From contig JAJYXR010000026.1 in NCBI GenBank assembly GCA_021801795.1, forward strand, positions 5,051 to 69,050: DNA of 64,000 bases, in the 5' to 3' direction. Positions 26,815 through 34,987 of this stretch are shown here, piece by piece. A model generated the notes under the pieces. It did not search any database. It was given only the letters and a program-made list of their open reading frames with translations, and had not been told where the DNA came from. Made by a program: the position numbers and the translations under genes. The stretch comes from Actinomycetes bacterium. GTDB lineage: Bacteria > Actinomycetota > Acidimicrobiia > Acidimicrobiales > JAJYXR01. Each line of letters starts with the position of its first letter. Within the stretch, counting starts at the first letter, position 1.

Positions 26815-29328
26815 ATGGCTAAGTCCGGGAACGGAAGCGCCGGCGGAGGGGCGGCAGGTGACGGTGGGGGGGGCACCGCCACGCTGGACCCGGTGTCGGG
26901 GTCCATCGAACCCATAGAGATACAGGAGGAGATGGAGCGCTCCTTCCTCGAGTACTCCATGTCGGTAATAGTCTCCCGGGCCCTGCCCGACGTGCGCGAC
27001 GGGCTCAAACCCGTGCACCGCCGGATCCTCTACTCCATGCAGGAGCAGAACCTCCGGCCCGACCGCCCCCATACGAAGTGTGCCCGGGTCGTGGGTGACG
27101 TGATGGGTGTCTACCACCCCCACGGAGACAGCGCGATCTACGAGGCTCTGGCCCGGATGGTCCAGGACTTCAGCCTCAGGCATCCGCTCATAGACGGCCA
27201 CGGGAACTTCGGGGGCACCGGACCCGACGAGGGTCCAGCGGCGATGCGCTACACCGAATGCCGGCTCGCGCCCCTCGCTCTGGAGCTGATGGCCGGCATA
27301 GACGAGGAAACGGTCGACTTCGTCCAGAACTACGACGGCACCCAGTCCGAGCCGACGGTGCTCCCCGCCAGGTTCCCGAACCTGCTGGTGAACGGATCAC
27401 AGGGCATCGCGGTGGGCATGGCCACGAACATCCCGCCCCATAACCTCGGCGAGGTGATAGACGCGACCATCCACCTGATGGAGCACCCAGAAGCCACCCC
27501 TGACGATCTCATGGGGTTCGTGAAGGGGCCAGACTTCCCGACCGGTGCTCTCATCCTGGGTCGCCAGGGGATCATGGATGCCTACCGGACGGGGAAGGGA
27601 TCCATACGCCTGAGAGCGCTGGCCGAGGCCGAGGAGGTCCGCGGCACCACCCGCATCGTGGTCACCGAGGTCCCCTATCAGACCTCGGTGGAGGTGATCG
27701 AGAAGAAGATCGCCGAGCTGGTGCGCGCAGGCGAGCTCGACGGCATCTCGGGCACCCAGAACGACTCGGCAGGACGTAAGACCCGCCTGGTCATCACCTT
27801 GAAGCGCGACGCGAACACGAACGTGGTGCTGAACAACCTCTATAAGCAGACCCCCATGCAGACGAGCTTCGCGATAAACACCGTCGCTCTCGTCGACGGG
27901 GTGCCCCGCACCTTGAACCTGGTCCAGGCACTCCAGCACTACATAGACCACCAGGTGGAGGTCCTCACCCGGCGCTCGGAGTACCGCCTGGCGAAGGCCC
28001 GGGAGAGGGCCCACATAGTAGAAGGCCTCCTGCGGGCAATCGACATGCTCGACGCGGTCATAGCTGCCATCAGGGGTTCGGATGACCGACCGGCGGCCCG
28101 GGCAGCTCTGATGGCAGAGCCGTTCAGCTTCTCGGAGATCCAGGCCAACCACATCCTCGACATGACCCTCGGCAGGCTCACACGCCTCGGTCGCTCGGAG
28201 CTCGAGGAGGAGATGGAGAAGCTGCGGGCGACCATCACGGAGCTCGAGGCCATCCTCGCGGACCCCGCGAAGCTGCGTGGCGTCATCGCCGATGAGCTTG
28301 CCGACATAAGGGCGCGTTTCGCGACCCCCAGGCGCACAGTGTTGACCCACGACCCCGGTGAGCTCGGCGTCGAGGATCTGATCGACGACGAGGAGCTGGT
28401 CGTGACCCTCACGCGTGCCGGCTACGTGAAGGCGGTGGCAGCAGCAGCGTTCCGAACCCAGGGCAGGGGAGGTCGCGGGGTCCAGGGCGCGCGGCTGAAA
28501 GAAGAGGACCTGGTGGACGTGGTGGTGCATACCACGGCCCATGCCCACCTCCTCATGTTCTCGAACCGCGGTCGTGTGTATCGCATCAGGGCGCACGAGA
28601 TCCCCGCGAAGGAACGCACCGCGAAGGGGACCGCGGTGGTGAACCTGCTTCCGCTGGCCCCGGGGGAGACCATCCAGGCGATAGTCGGCACGAGGAGCTT
28701 CGACCCCGACCGCTACCTGCTGTTCGCCACGAAGTCCGGTCAGGTGAAGAAGACCGCCTTCAGCGAGTACGACAAGTCCCGTCGGGAGGGCTTCATAGCC
28801 ATATCGCTTCGCGAGGGCGACGAGCTGGTTCGCGTACTGCCGACCTCGGGTGAGGACGACGTCCTGCTCATAAGCCGTAACGGGGCTGGTATCCGCTTCA
28901 GCGAGACCGAGGTCCGTCCCATGGGTCGCGACGCGTCGGGGGTCAGGGGGATGCGCCTTCGCGAGGGCGACGAGCTGGTCTCCTGCGACGTGGTCCGGGA
29001 GGGAGCCGACGTCCTCATCGTCACCGATGCCGGATATGGCAAGCGCACGAAGACCGACCATTTCAACCGCCAGGGTCGCGGTGGTCAGGGTGTGCGGGCG
29101 ATCAGGCTGACCGCGAAGCGCGGCCGCGTGGTGGGCGCGTTCATGGCCGCCCTGGACGACGAGATACTCGCGGTCTCCTCCGGCGGGGTGGTGATCCGCA
29201 CCGCGGTACGGGAGATCACGGCCCAGGGACGCGACGCTACAGGTGTTCGCATCATGAACCTCGACGAGGGACACAGCCTCGCCGCCGTAGCAGCCATGGA
29301 GTCAGACTCTGTCGAGGAGAGTCCCTAG
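26815..29328 (+). CDS. gyrA: DNA gyrase subunit A
   Basis: DGLKPVHRRILY, AAMRYTE with the active-site Tyr, and C-terminal beta-pinwheel repeats. Confidence 0.97.
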   Translation: MAKSGNGSAGGGAAGDGGGGTATLDPVSGSIEPIEIQEEMERSFLEYSMSVIVSRALPDVRDGLKPVHRRILYSMQEQNLRPDRPHTKCARVVGDVMGVYHPHGDSAIYEALARMVQDFSLRHPLIDGHGNFGGTGPDEGPAAMRYTECRLAPLALELMAGIDEETVDFVQNYDGTQSEPTVLPARFPNLLVNGSQGIAVGMATNIPPHNLGEVIDATIHLMEHPEATPDDLMGFVKGPDFPTGALILGRQGIMDAYRTGKGSIRLRALAEAEEVRGTTRIVVTEVPYQTSVEVIEKKIAELVRAGELDGISGTQNDSAGRKTRLVITLKRDANTNVVLNNLYKQTPMQTSFAINTVALVDGVPRTLNLVQALQHYIDHQVEVLTRRSEYRLAKARERAHIVEGLLRAIDMLDAVIAAIRGSDDRPAARAALMAEPFSFSEIQANHILDMTLGRLTRLGRSELEEEMEKLRATITELEAILADPAKLRGVIADELADIRARFATPRRTVLTHDPGELGVEDLIDDEELVVTLTRAGYVKAVAAAAFRTQGRGGRGVQGARLKEEDLVDVVVHTTAHAHLLMFSNRGRVYRIRAHEIPAKERTAKGTAVVNLLPLAPGETIQAIVGTRSFDPDRYLLFATKSGQVKKTAFSEYDKSRREGFIAISLREGDELVRVLPTSGEDDVLLISRNGAGIRFSETEVRPMGRDASGVRGMRLREGDELVSCDVVREGADVLIVTDAGYGKRTKTDHFNRQGRGGQGVRAIRLTAKRGRVVGAFMAALDDEILAVSSGGVVIRTAVREITAQGRDATGVRIMNLDEGHSLAAVAAMESDSVEESP

Positions 29329-29390
29329 CCACCAGACGGTAGACTCTGTGACGCTCGGCGCCCGAACCCCGGTCGCTCGGCGCCGTGATT

Positions 29391-29464
29391 GGGGCTATAG
29401 CTCAGTCGGTTAGAGCGCAGCACTGATAATGCTGAGGTCGCAAGTTCGATTCTTGCTAGCCCCA
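29391..29464 (+). tRNA. tRNA-Ile (anticodon GAU)
   Basis: 74 nt. The acceptor stem GGGGCTA/TAGCCCC pairs, the D-loop is AGCTCAGTCGGTTAGAGC, the anticodon loop is CTGATAA and the T-arm is GGTCGCAAGTTCGATTCTTGC. CCA is not encoded. It follows gyrA as in mycobacteria. Confidence 0.93.
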
Positions 29465-29541
29465 CCGTCCACCGAACTACACCACGGGCGCCTTCCGGCC
29501 TCAGCCGTGGCCGAGCTCGGTGACCTAGTACAGTATGAAGT

Positions 29542-29784
29542 GTGATTCCGAGCCGCTCGGCGACAAGCGAAGCGCCCCAATGGGTGGTCACATCGCTGAC
29601 GTGGATGTGGCTTCTGGTGGTGCTAGCGGGTGTTGGTCTGGTCATCGCCGACAAGCTGCCGCATGGGTGGCCGGGTGGCTGCACCACAGGCATTGACGGT
29701 GATCCCATTGCAGCATTGTTCGGTGCGCCGATGTTCTTTGCGGCCGCCAGCACGAGCGCCGCGGTCATCTGCAGACCCACGTGA
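29542..29784 (+). CDS. Possible small membrane protein (hypothetical)
   Basis: 80-aa ORF with one clear hydrophobic helix (WVVTSLTWMWLLVVLAGVGLVIA) in a lower-GC spacer. No homology was recognised, so the coding status is uncertain. Confidence 0.3.
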   Translation: MIPSRSATSEAPQWVVTSLTWMWLLVVLAGVGLVIADKLPHGWPGGCTTGIDGDPIAALFGAPMFFAAASTSAAVICRPT

Positions 29785-29928
29785 TGGTAACTCGCCGCGA
29801 TCGGGGGGCATGTCGTCACCAAACGTTTTGTCGATGCGTAACTCCCAGCAGTGTGCCATTGAGGGCTCCGATGCGTTCGACAAGCGCTCTGGATAATCTC
29901 GTCGGCCAGCCAGCCGGGTTCGCCTGCG

Positions 29929-30402
29929 TTAACGCAATGTGGTGGCCCGCCCTGCCAGTCCGCTGCTCGCCAGGGCATCGAGGATCTGCTCAGGGGTCGG
30001 GGGGCAGCCGGGAATCCTGACGTCGACCGGCAGCAGGTGCTCCAGCGGGCCGGCGAGATCCCGATGGTCGCCGAGCACCCCTAGCCCCATGGCGCAGTCG
30101 CCCAATGCGGCGACCAGGCGTGGTTCGGGCATTGCCTGGTACGCACTGAGGAGGGGGATGACCATCCGGCTAGTGATGGCCCCCGTTATCAACAGGACGT
30201 CAGCGTGCCTGGGTGAGGCCGTAATGGTGATGCCGTGACGCGAGAGATCGTAGAAGAGATTGGCAGTGGCGCCGAGCTCGTGCTCGCAGGCATTGCACGA
30301 GCCTGCGTCCACATGCCGCACGGCCAGTGAGAGCCGTCTGGCGGGGCGGGCTATCCCGGCAGTCTTACGGTCGCTGTGGAGCTGGCGCAGTAGGACGAAC
30401 AT
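29929..30402 (-). CDS. Group-4 [NiFe]-hydrogenase small subunit (HycG/NuoB-like)
   Basis: 157 aa with all four Fe-S ligand positions present (GSCNACE, GDCA, PGCPP). The ATG at 30402 is preceded by AGGAGG. The track ORF start at 30675 overlaps hycE. Confidence 0.85.
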   Translation of the reverse strand: MFVLLRQLHSDRKTAGIARPARRLSLAVRHVDAGSCNACEHELGATANLFYDLSRHGITITASPRHADVLLITGAITSRMVIPLLSAYQAMPEPRLVAALGDCAMGLGVLGDHRDLAGPLEHLLPVDVRIPGCPPTPEQILDALASSGLAGRATTLR

Positions 30403-30419
30403 GGTAGGGCCTCCTGGCT

Positions 30420-31988
30420 CTAGCGATCCGAGCAGGCGTAGCAGAGCTCGAAGCTCTTGTTCACGAGCGGGAAGTCCGGCAGGAGGTTCCCGGCCGTGGC
30501 ATGAGCTACTGCCGGCCAGTTGGCGTATGAGGCGGTGCGGAGGTGGAGCCGCTGGATGGTGGTTCCGTCGGACTCGACGATGCAGGTGGTCGCGCCGCGC
30601 GGGCCTTCCACGACGCCGACGCCGACGGGTGATCCCTCCGCGACAGCACCGGCCGTGGCATCGTGGAGGTCGCACCTCAGGAGGGTGTCGAGAAGCGCCA
30701 GCGTCGTCTCGAGCTCGGCTGCCCGTAGAGCCATGCGGGCAGCGACGTCACCCGTGGGGTCCACCGGGCTCGGCGGCTGGAGCTCCCTGTAGTCGAGCCG
30801 TGGGCTCTCGGAGCGGGTATCGGCAGGTATGCCCGAGGCGCGTGCCGCCGGGCCTACGGTGCCGAAGCGTGCAGCGCTGGAGGCATCGAGGACTCCGACT
30901 GCCGTGACCCGGTTCTGCACCGAGGTATTGAACAACACCTCTCGCCAGGAACGCATCGAATCCTCCCCGATCGAGCGGAGCTCCTGGCGCGCCTCGCGTC
31001 TCTCCCCACCTGCCAGGCAGAAGGCGCCCTTGGCGATCTGTATGGTGCCGAACATGAAACGGTGACCGGTGAGGCGACCGATGAGGCGCTGGGCTCTCTC
31101 CTTCAGGGCGGCGAACGCCATGGTGCCCGGTGCGAACCCGATACCGGCGCATATCGCGCCGATGTCGTTCAGATGGTTGTACAGGCGCTCCAGCTCTACT
31201 AGAACCGTGCGCTGGGTCTTCAGGGCGGCATCGGGCCAGAGCCCGAGCACCTCCTCGCAGGCCTGCGCGAAGGCCAGGGTGTTCGAGACGGCGCAGGCCC
31301 CGCAGGCACGCTGGACGATGGCAAGCCCCGTGTCGAGCGGGGCACCCACGGCAGCTCGCTCGAGACCCCGGTGGTTGTAGAACAGTCGCAGATCCAAATG
31401 CAGCACGCGCTCGCCGACCACGTGGAACCGGAAGTGCCCGGATTCGATCACCCCGGCGTGTATGGGTCCGACGGCCACTTGATGGGTGCCGGCTCCCACC
31501 ACGGGCACGGTCCAGGACTTGAGGCAATCCGAGTGGCTGATGAGGGGGCGCATCGGCACGTGGCCTGCGAAGTCCACCCCGTAGAGATCGTGTGCCTCGC
31601 GCTCATCCCACGCTGCGGCCGGAAGGATGTCGACGATGCTGGGGAACGTCCAGCCGGATCCAGAGGCGCCGGTTACAGAGGCGCCGGCTGGAGCTGCAGA
31701 CGCGCCCGCTAGGGAGGCCCCGGCACCTCGCAGCTCGCCCGACCGGCCTGGAACTGCCCGTGCCGAGAGCACCTTTACCTGGTCTCCGAAGCTGAAGACG
31801 CTCCTGATCGTGGTACCGGTCTCGTCGCGGCCAGCGCGGTCGCTGCATCTGGCTTCATCAGGTCCGACGGCATAGAGGCCCCTGAAGCGCCCACCACTGT
31901 GTATGGCTGAGTCATGTGCCTCGCGCCACGAGGAGGGCGTGGTCTGCACCAGGGTGGTGCCAGGGTTCTGCGGGGCGCTCTTGGTCAC
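30420..31988 (-). CDS. hycE: Group-4 [NiFe]-hydrogenase large subunit, fused NuoC-NuoD type (HycE-like)
   Basis: NuoC-like N-terminus (ERE.HDLYGVDFAGH). NuoD/large-subunit body with the N-terminal ligand pair RACGAC and the C-terminal pair ELCYACSDR directly followed by stop. The GTG at 31988 overlaps the upstream stop (GTGA). Confidence 0.9.
   Translation of the reverse strand: MTKSAPQNPGTTLVQTTPSSWREAHDSAIHSGGRFRGLYAVGPDEARCSDRAGRDETGTTIRSVFSFGDQVKVLSARAVPGRSGELRGAGASLAGASAAPAGASVTGASGSGWTFPSIVDILPAAAWDEREAHDLYGVDFAGHVPMRPLISHSDCLKSWTVPVVGAGTHQVAVGPIHAGVIESGHFRFHVVGERVLHLDLRLFYNHRGLERAAVGAPLDTGLAIVQRACGACAVSNTLAFAQACEEVLGLWPDAALKTQRTVLVELERLYNHLNDIGAICAGIGFAPGTMAFAALKERAQRLIGRLTGHRFMFGTIQIAKGAFCLAGGERREARQELRSIGEDSMRSWREVLFNTSVQNRVTAVGVLDASSAARFGTVGPAARASGIPADTRSESPRLDYRELQPPSPVDPTGDVAARMALRAAELETTLALLDTLLRCDLHDATAGAVAEGSPVGVGVVEGPRGATTCIVESDGTTIQRLHLRTASYANWPAVAHATAGNLLPDFPLVNKSFELCYACSDR
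31661..31690. repeat. 15-bp tandem duplication inside the hycE NuoC-NuoD linker
   Basis: CAGAGGCGCCGGTTA followed by CAGAGGCGCCGGCTG, with a further degenerate copy. It encodes part of the Gly/Ala/Ser linker GAGASLAGASAAPAGASVTGASGSG. Confidence 0.75.
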
Positions 31989-33451
31989 GAGGCCCACCTC
32001 ACGATTGCCTCCACCAGGAAGGAGCCAGGCAGGACGAACGCGAGGGACACGAGTGCCGACAGGGTGGCAGCACCGAACCCTGCCAGAACTCCGGCGGCAT
32101 GACGGGAGCGGGTCCCAACACGATGCCTCCGCCCCCCGAGGAGGCCTTCGAGCAGGGCGTGGAGCAGCCCGAGGAACCCCAGTGCCAATAGCAGGGCCGC
32201 CAGGCTTGCCGCGAGCACCTGGCCCGCGAGGAATCCACCCAGGAGGATGAAGAGCTCGCTGAAGAACAGCGGTGAAGGGGGCACCCCGCCCAGGGTTCCC
32301 AAGCTGAGGGCGAAGGAACTGGCCAGCGCAGGGCTCGACATCGCGAGGCCACGTACCGGCAGCTTCGCCGCGCTCGGGCGGCTGGCCAGCAGTGGAGTCG
32401 CTGTGTAGAACCCGAGTGCCTTCGCGCCAGCGTGGGCAGCCACATGCAGCACGACACCGGCAATCGCCAGTGGAGTCCCGAAGCCTATCCCCAGGGCGAT
32501 GATGCCCATGTGCTCCAGGCTCGAGTATGCGAGCAGGCGCTTCAAAGGCATGGGTCGCCAGAGGAACGGAACGGCCACGGCCAGCGACAGGAGGCCGAAG
32601 CCGATGAACAGGTAGGAAGCGGTGTTCCCTCCCAGGGCAGGCCCGAGGGCTATCTTCACCCGCCAGGCCACGAGCATGACGGTCGGTAGCAGCGCAGCGG
32701 AAAGCAAGGCACTCACCGGCGGTGGCGACTCGCTGTGCGCGTCCGGTAGCCAGTTGTGAACCGGGGCCCAACCTATCTTGGCAGCGAACCCAGCCATCAT
32801 CATGAAGAAGGAGACCAGTACGACATCGCGCGGGATGTGCCTGGCGAGCCGCGACAGAGCAGTCCAACCGAGGGCTCCGAGACCGGGGTCGTGAGCGGAT
32901 GCGTAGACCACGAGGATCCCCAGCAGCGCCACCGTGAGGCCTGCGGTGGTCAATATGAGGTACTTCCATCCCGCCTCGAGAGCGCTGCGTTTCCCGCTGA
33001 AGGCCACCAGGGGCGCGGACGCGGCAGTGGTCGCCTCCACGAGGAGCCAGGCCAGCCCAAGGTTCCCTGCCAGCGGTACGGCGAGCAGGGCAGCCCAGAA
33101 GCAGTAGAAGCCCAGGTAGTACCAGCGCCTCGAACGCTGGGGCGAGAAGAAGCTCCTCGTGGTGCCGTCAAGGAATCTCGGTGACAGCAAGGCGCTTGCC
33201 ATGCCTACGAGCGAGGTGACGCAGAGGAAGACCACGGCCACCGGGTCGATGGTGAGCAGCCCCGTAGTGGCGGCTGGACGCAGCCACAGGTCCATGCCCC
33301 CGAGGCTGAGACCGGCGCCAGCGGTGGTCAGCGCGAAGACCCGGTTCAGGTGGTCACCGACGTGGTCGTCCGCGAAGAGCTGGATGATCAGTCCACCGGC
33401 CAGGGGCAGGAGCACCACCAGCATGGCGAGATCGGTAAGATGGTCAATCAC
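31985..33451 (-). CDS. NuoN/NuoM-like proton-conducting membrane subunit (HyfF/HycQ-like)
   Basis: Polytopic protein with the PF00361-type core (GWAPVHNWLPDAHSESPPPVSALLSAALL). The GTG at 33451 overlaps the upstream gene by 8 nt. An alternative start is the ATG at 33424. Confidence 0.85.
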   Translation of the reverse strand: MIDHLTDLAMLVVLLPLAGGLIIQLFADDHVGDHLNRVFALTTAGAGLSLGGMDLWLRPAATTGLLTIDPVAVVFLCVTSLVGMASALLSPRFLDGTTRSFFSPQRSRRWYYLGFYCFWAALLAVPLAGNLGLAWLLVEATTAASAPLVAFSGKRSALEAGWKYLILTTAGLTVALLGILVVYASAHDPGLGALGWTALSRLARHIPRDVVLVSFFMMMAGFAAKIGWAPVHNWLPDAHSESPPPVSALLSAALLPTVMLVAWRVKIALGPALGGNTASYLFIGFGLLSLAVAVPFLWRPMPLKRLLAYSSLEHMGIIALGIGFGTPLAIAGVVLHVAAHAGAKALGFYTATPLLASRPSAAKLPVRGLAMSSPALASSFALSLGTLGGVPPSPLFFSELFILLGGFLAGQVLAASLAALLLALGFLGLLHALLEGLLGGRRHRVGTRSRHAAGVLAGFGAATLSALVSLAFVLPGSFLVEAIVRWAS

Positions 33452-34061
33452 GCAGGCCCCGCAGGACGGTCGCGTCACCGCTCCCGAACTCGCGGAAGAT
33501 GCGATCGTGGAAGGCGGTTGCGACACTCAGGACGATGACGACGTCGAATATCACGCCCAGGTCGATGACTATGGGCATCCCCCCGGCCACCACGGTGGCG
33601 GCGAAGGCGATTCCGTTCTCGGCTACCAGGAGGCCGAGCACCTGGAACAGTGTCGCCTTGCGGACTATGGCGGTAGTTATGCCGATCACCACGAGGGCGA
33701 CCGTGGCGTGCTCCTGCGAGAGGCTCGGCAGCCCGAACCTCGGCACGAGTGCAGCGGCCGTGATGGCTACTGCCGCTGCGACCGCGAGTCGGACCGGCGC
33801 AGCGAGAGCCTCGGTGATGGGGCGGTCCTGACGGGTCCTGTGGACGCTCCACCCGAGGATGGCGGCTATGAAGACAGCCTTTGCGAGCAGCGCCAGGGCT
33901 GACGACATGAACTCAGTGGAGCGATGAGATGCTTCCAGCAGGGCCAGGAGTGCGATTAGGAGCGACTGGGTGGCGACGAGGGCGATCGCAGTCGAGCGGC
34001 GTCGGACCACTGTCACTGCGAGGGCCAGGGCGATCACCATCCAGCCGACCGCGCCCGTCAT
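33444..34061 (-). CDS. HyfE/HycP-like (NuoK-related) membrane subunit
   Basis: 205-aa hydrophobic protein. Its ATG overlaps the hycD stop (ATGA). Its position matches HycP in the M. tuberculosis Rv0085 locus. Confidence 0.8.
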   Translation of the reverse strand: MTGAVGWMVIALALAVTVVRRRSTAIALVATQSLLIALLALLEASHRSTEFMSSALALLAKAVFIAAILGWSVHRTRQDRPITEALAAPVRLAVAAAVAITAAALVPRFGLPSLSQEHATVALVVIGITTAIVRKATLFQVLGLLVAENGIAFAATVVAGGMPIVIDLGVIFDVVIVLSVATAFHDRIFREFGSGDATVLRGLRD

Positions 34062-34987
34062 GGTCGGGCTCCTATGAACCAGGTGACGAACCCGGCCAGC
34101 GCTATGGCGGTGCCTGCCCCGAGAAGGCGCGGTACGGCCAGAAGGCGCATCTTGGCCTGCCATGTCTCTATGACGGCCAGCAGCACGCACCAGAGGGGCA
34201 GCCCGACGAGCTCCGAGAGCAGCTGTGGGATCATCCCGTGTGCATGTGGTAGGAAGATCTCGACAGTCAGGACGAACATGATCCAGTGACGTGCCGCGGC
34301 CGACCACTGGAGCATCGCCAGGTCCCGCCCCGCGTACTCCAGCAGCGGTCCTTCGTGGATCATCGTCAGTTCCAGATGCGTGTCGGGGTTGTCGATGGGC
34401 TGGCGCCCCGTCTCGGCGAGCACCACCAGGCCGAATGCCCCAAGAGCGCACCAGCGCAAAGCACCGCCCCATCCCGCGAGCCCGCTGGTCGTGGCCATCA
34501 GGGTTCCGAGATCGGTCGAGTGGGAAGGGAGAGCCACCAGCACCAGGACGGCGAGCAGCATGCCTTCGACGAGCGCTGCGAAGGTGAGGTCCCGGCTCGC
34601 GCCCATGAGAGCGAAGCCGCTGCCCGTGTCCCATGCAGCCAGAGCCAGCGAGAAGCGTGCCAGGGCGAGCAGGCCGACGAGAACGAGCACGTCATGGCCC
34701 AAGGGGGACACCTCTTCGAAGGAAGTGGCGGGCACGACCACCACAGCAGCGAGCAGGGACACCGTGACTATAGGAGGGGCCAGCCGGTACACGACCCCGG
34801 ACCCATCCGGGTCGACGGTCGACTTGTGCCAGAGCCGGTTGAGCTCGCGGTATGGCTGCAGAGGCGATGGACCGGGGCGACCCTGGAGGCGAGCTTTAAC
34901 CGCCTGGATGATGCCGGGGAGGAGAGGGGCAGCGACCGTGCCCGCCGCCAACTCTACGAGAGTGGAGACCCACGCGTCCGGCATCAT
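34058..34987 (-). CDS. hycD: NuoH/HycD-like membrane subunit (formate hydrogenlyase subunit 4 family)
   Basis: 309 aa with NuoH-family motifs (LAETGRQPIDNPDTHLELTMIHEG, EYAGRDLA). The ATG overlaps the upstream stop (ATGA). Confidence 0.9.
   Translation of the reverse strand: MMPDAWVSTLVELAAGTVAAPLLPGIIQAVKARLQGRPGPSPLQPYRELNRLWHKSTVDPDGSGVVYRLAPPIVTVSLLAAVVVVPATSFEEVSPLGHDVLVLVGLLALARFSLALAAWDTGSGFALMGASRDLTFAALVEGMLLAVLVLVALPSHSTDLGTLMATTSGLAGWGGALRWCALGAFGLVVLAETGRQPIDNPDTHLELTMIHEGPLLEYAGRDLAMLQWSAAARHWIMFVLTVEIFLPHAHGMIPQLLSELVGLPLWCVLLAVIETWQAKMRLLAVPRLLGAGTAIALAGFVTWFIGARP

Noticed and set aside
27397-29274. Very long antisense or out-of-frame ORFs. Examples: 625 aa opposite gyrA, 26154-27008, 8853-9674, 51572-52678, 59881-60948, 59985-61331, 63224-63904, 39229-39786
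   Set aside because: They are typical stop-codon-poor shadow frames of high-GC DNA. Their translations are Arg/Pro/Gly/His-rich with no motifs. Each lies opposite or overlapping a gene with clear family signatures.
29352-29384. Direct repeat CGCTCGGCGCC (29352-29362 and 29374-29384) between gyrA and tRNA-Ile
   Set aside because: It is an 11-bp repeat with unclear significance in GC-rich DNA. It could be part of the tRNA promoter, but nothing supports a specific call.
29325-29978. 217-aa minus-strand ORF spanning the tRNA-Ile region
   Set aside because: Its C-terminal part (GLARIELATSALSVLRSNRLSY) is the typical antisense translation of a tRNA gene. The rest has no recognisable features, so I treat it as a spurious ORF.
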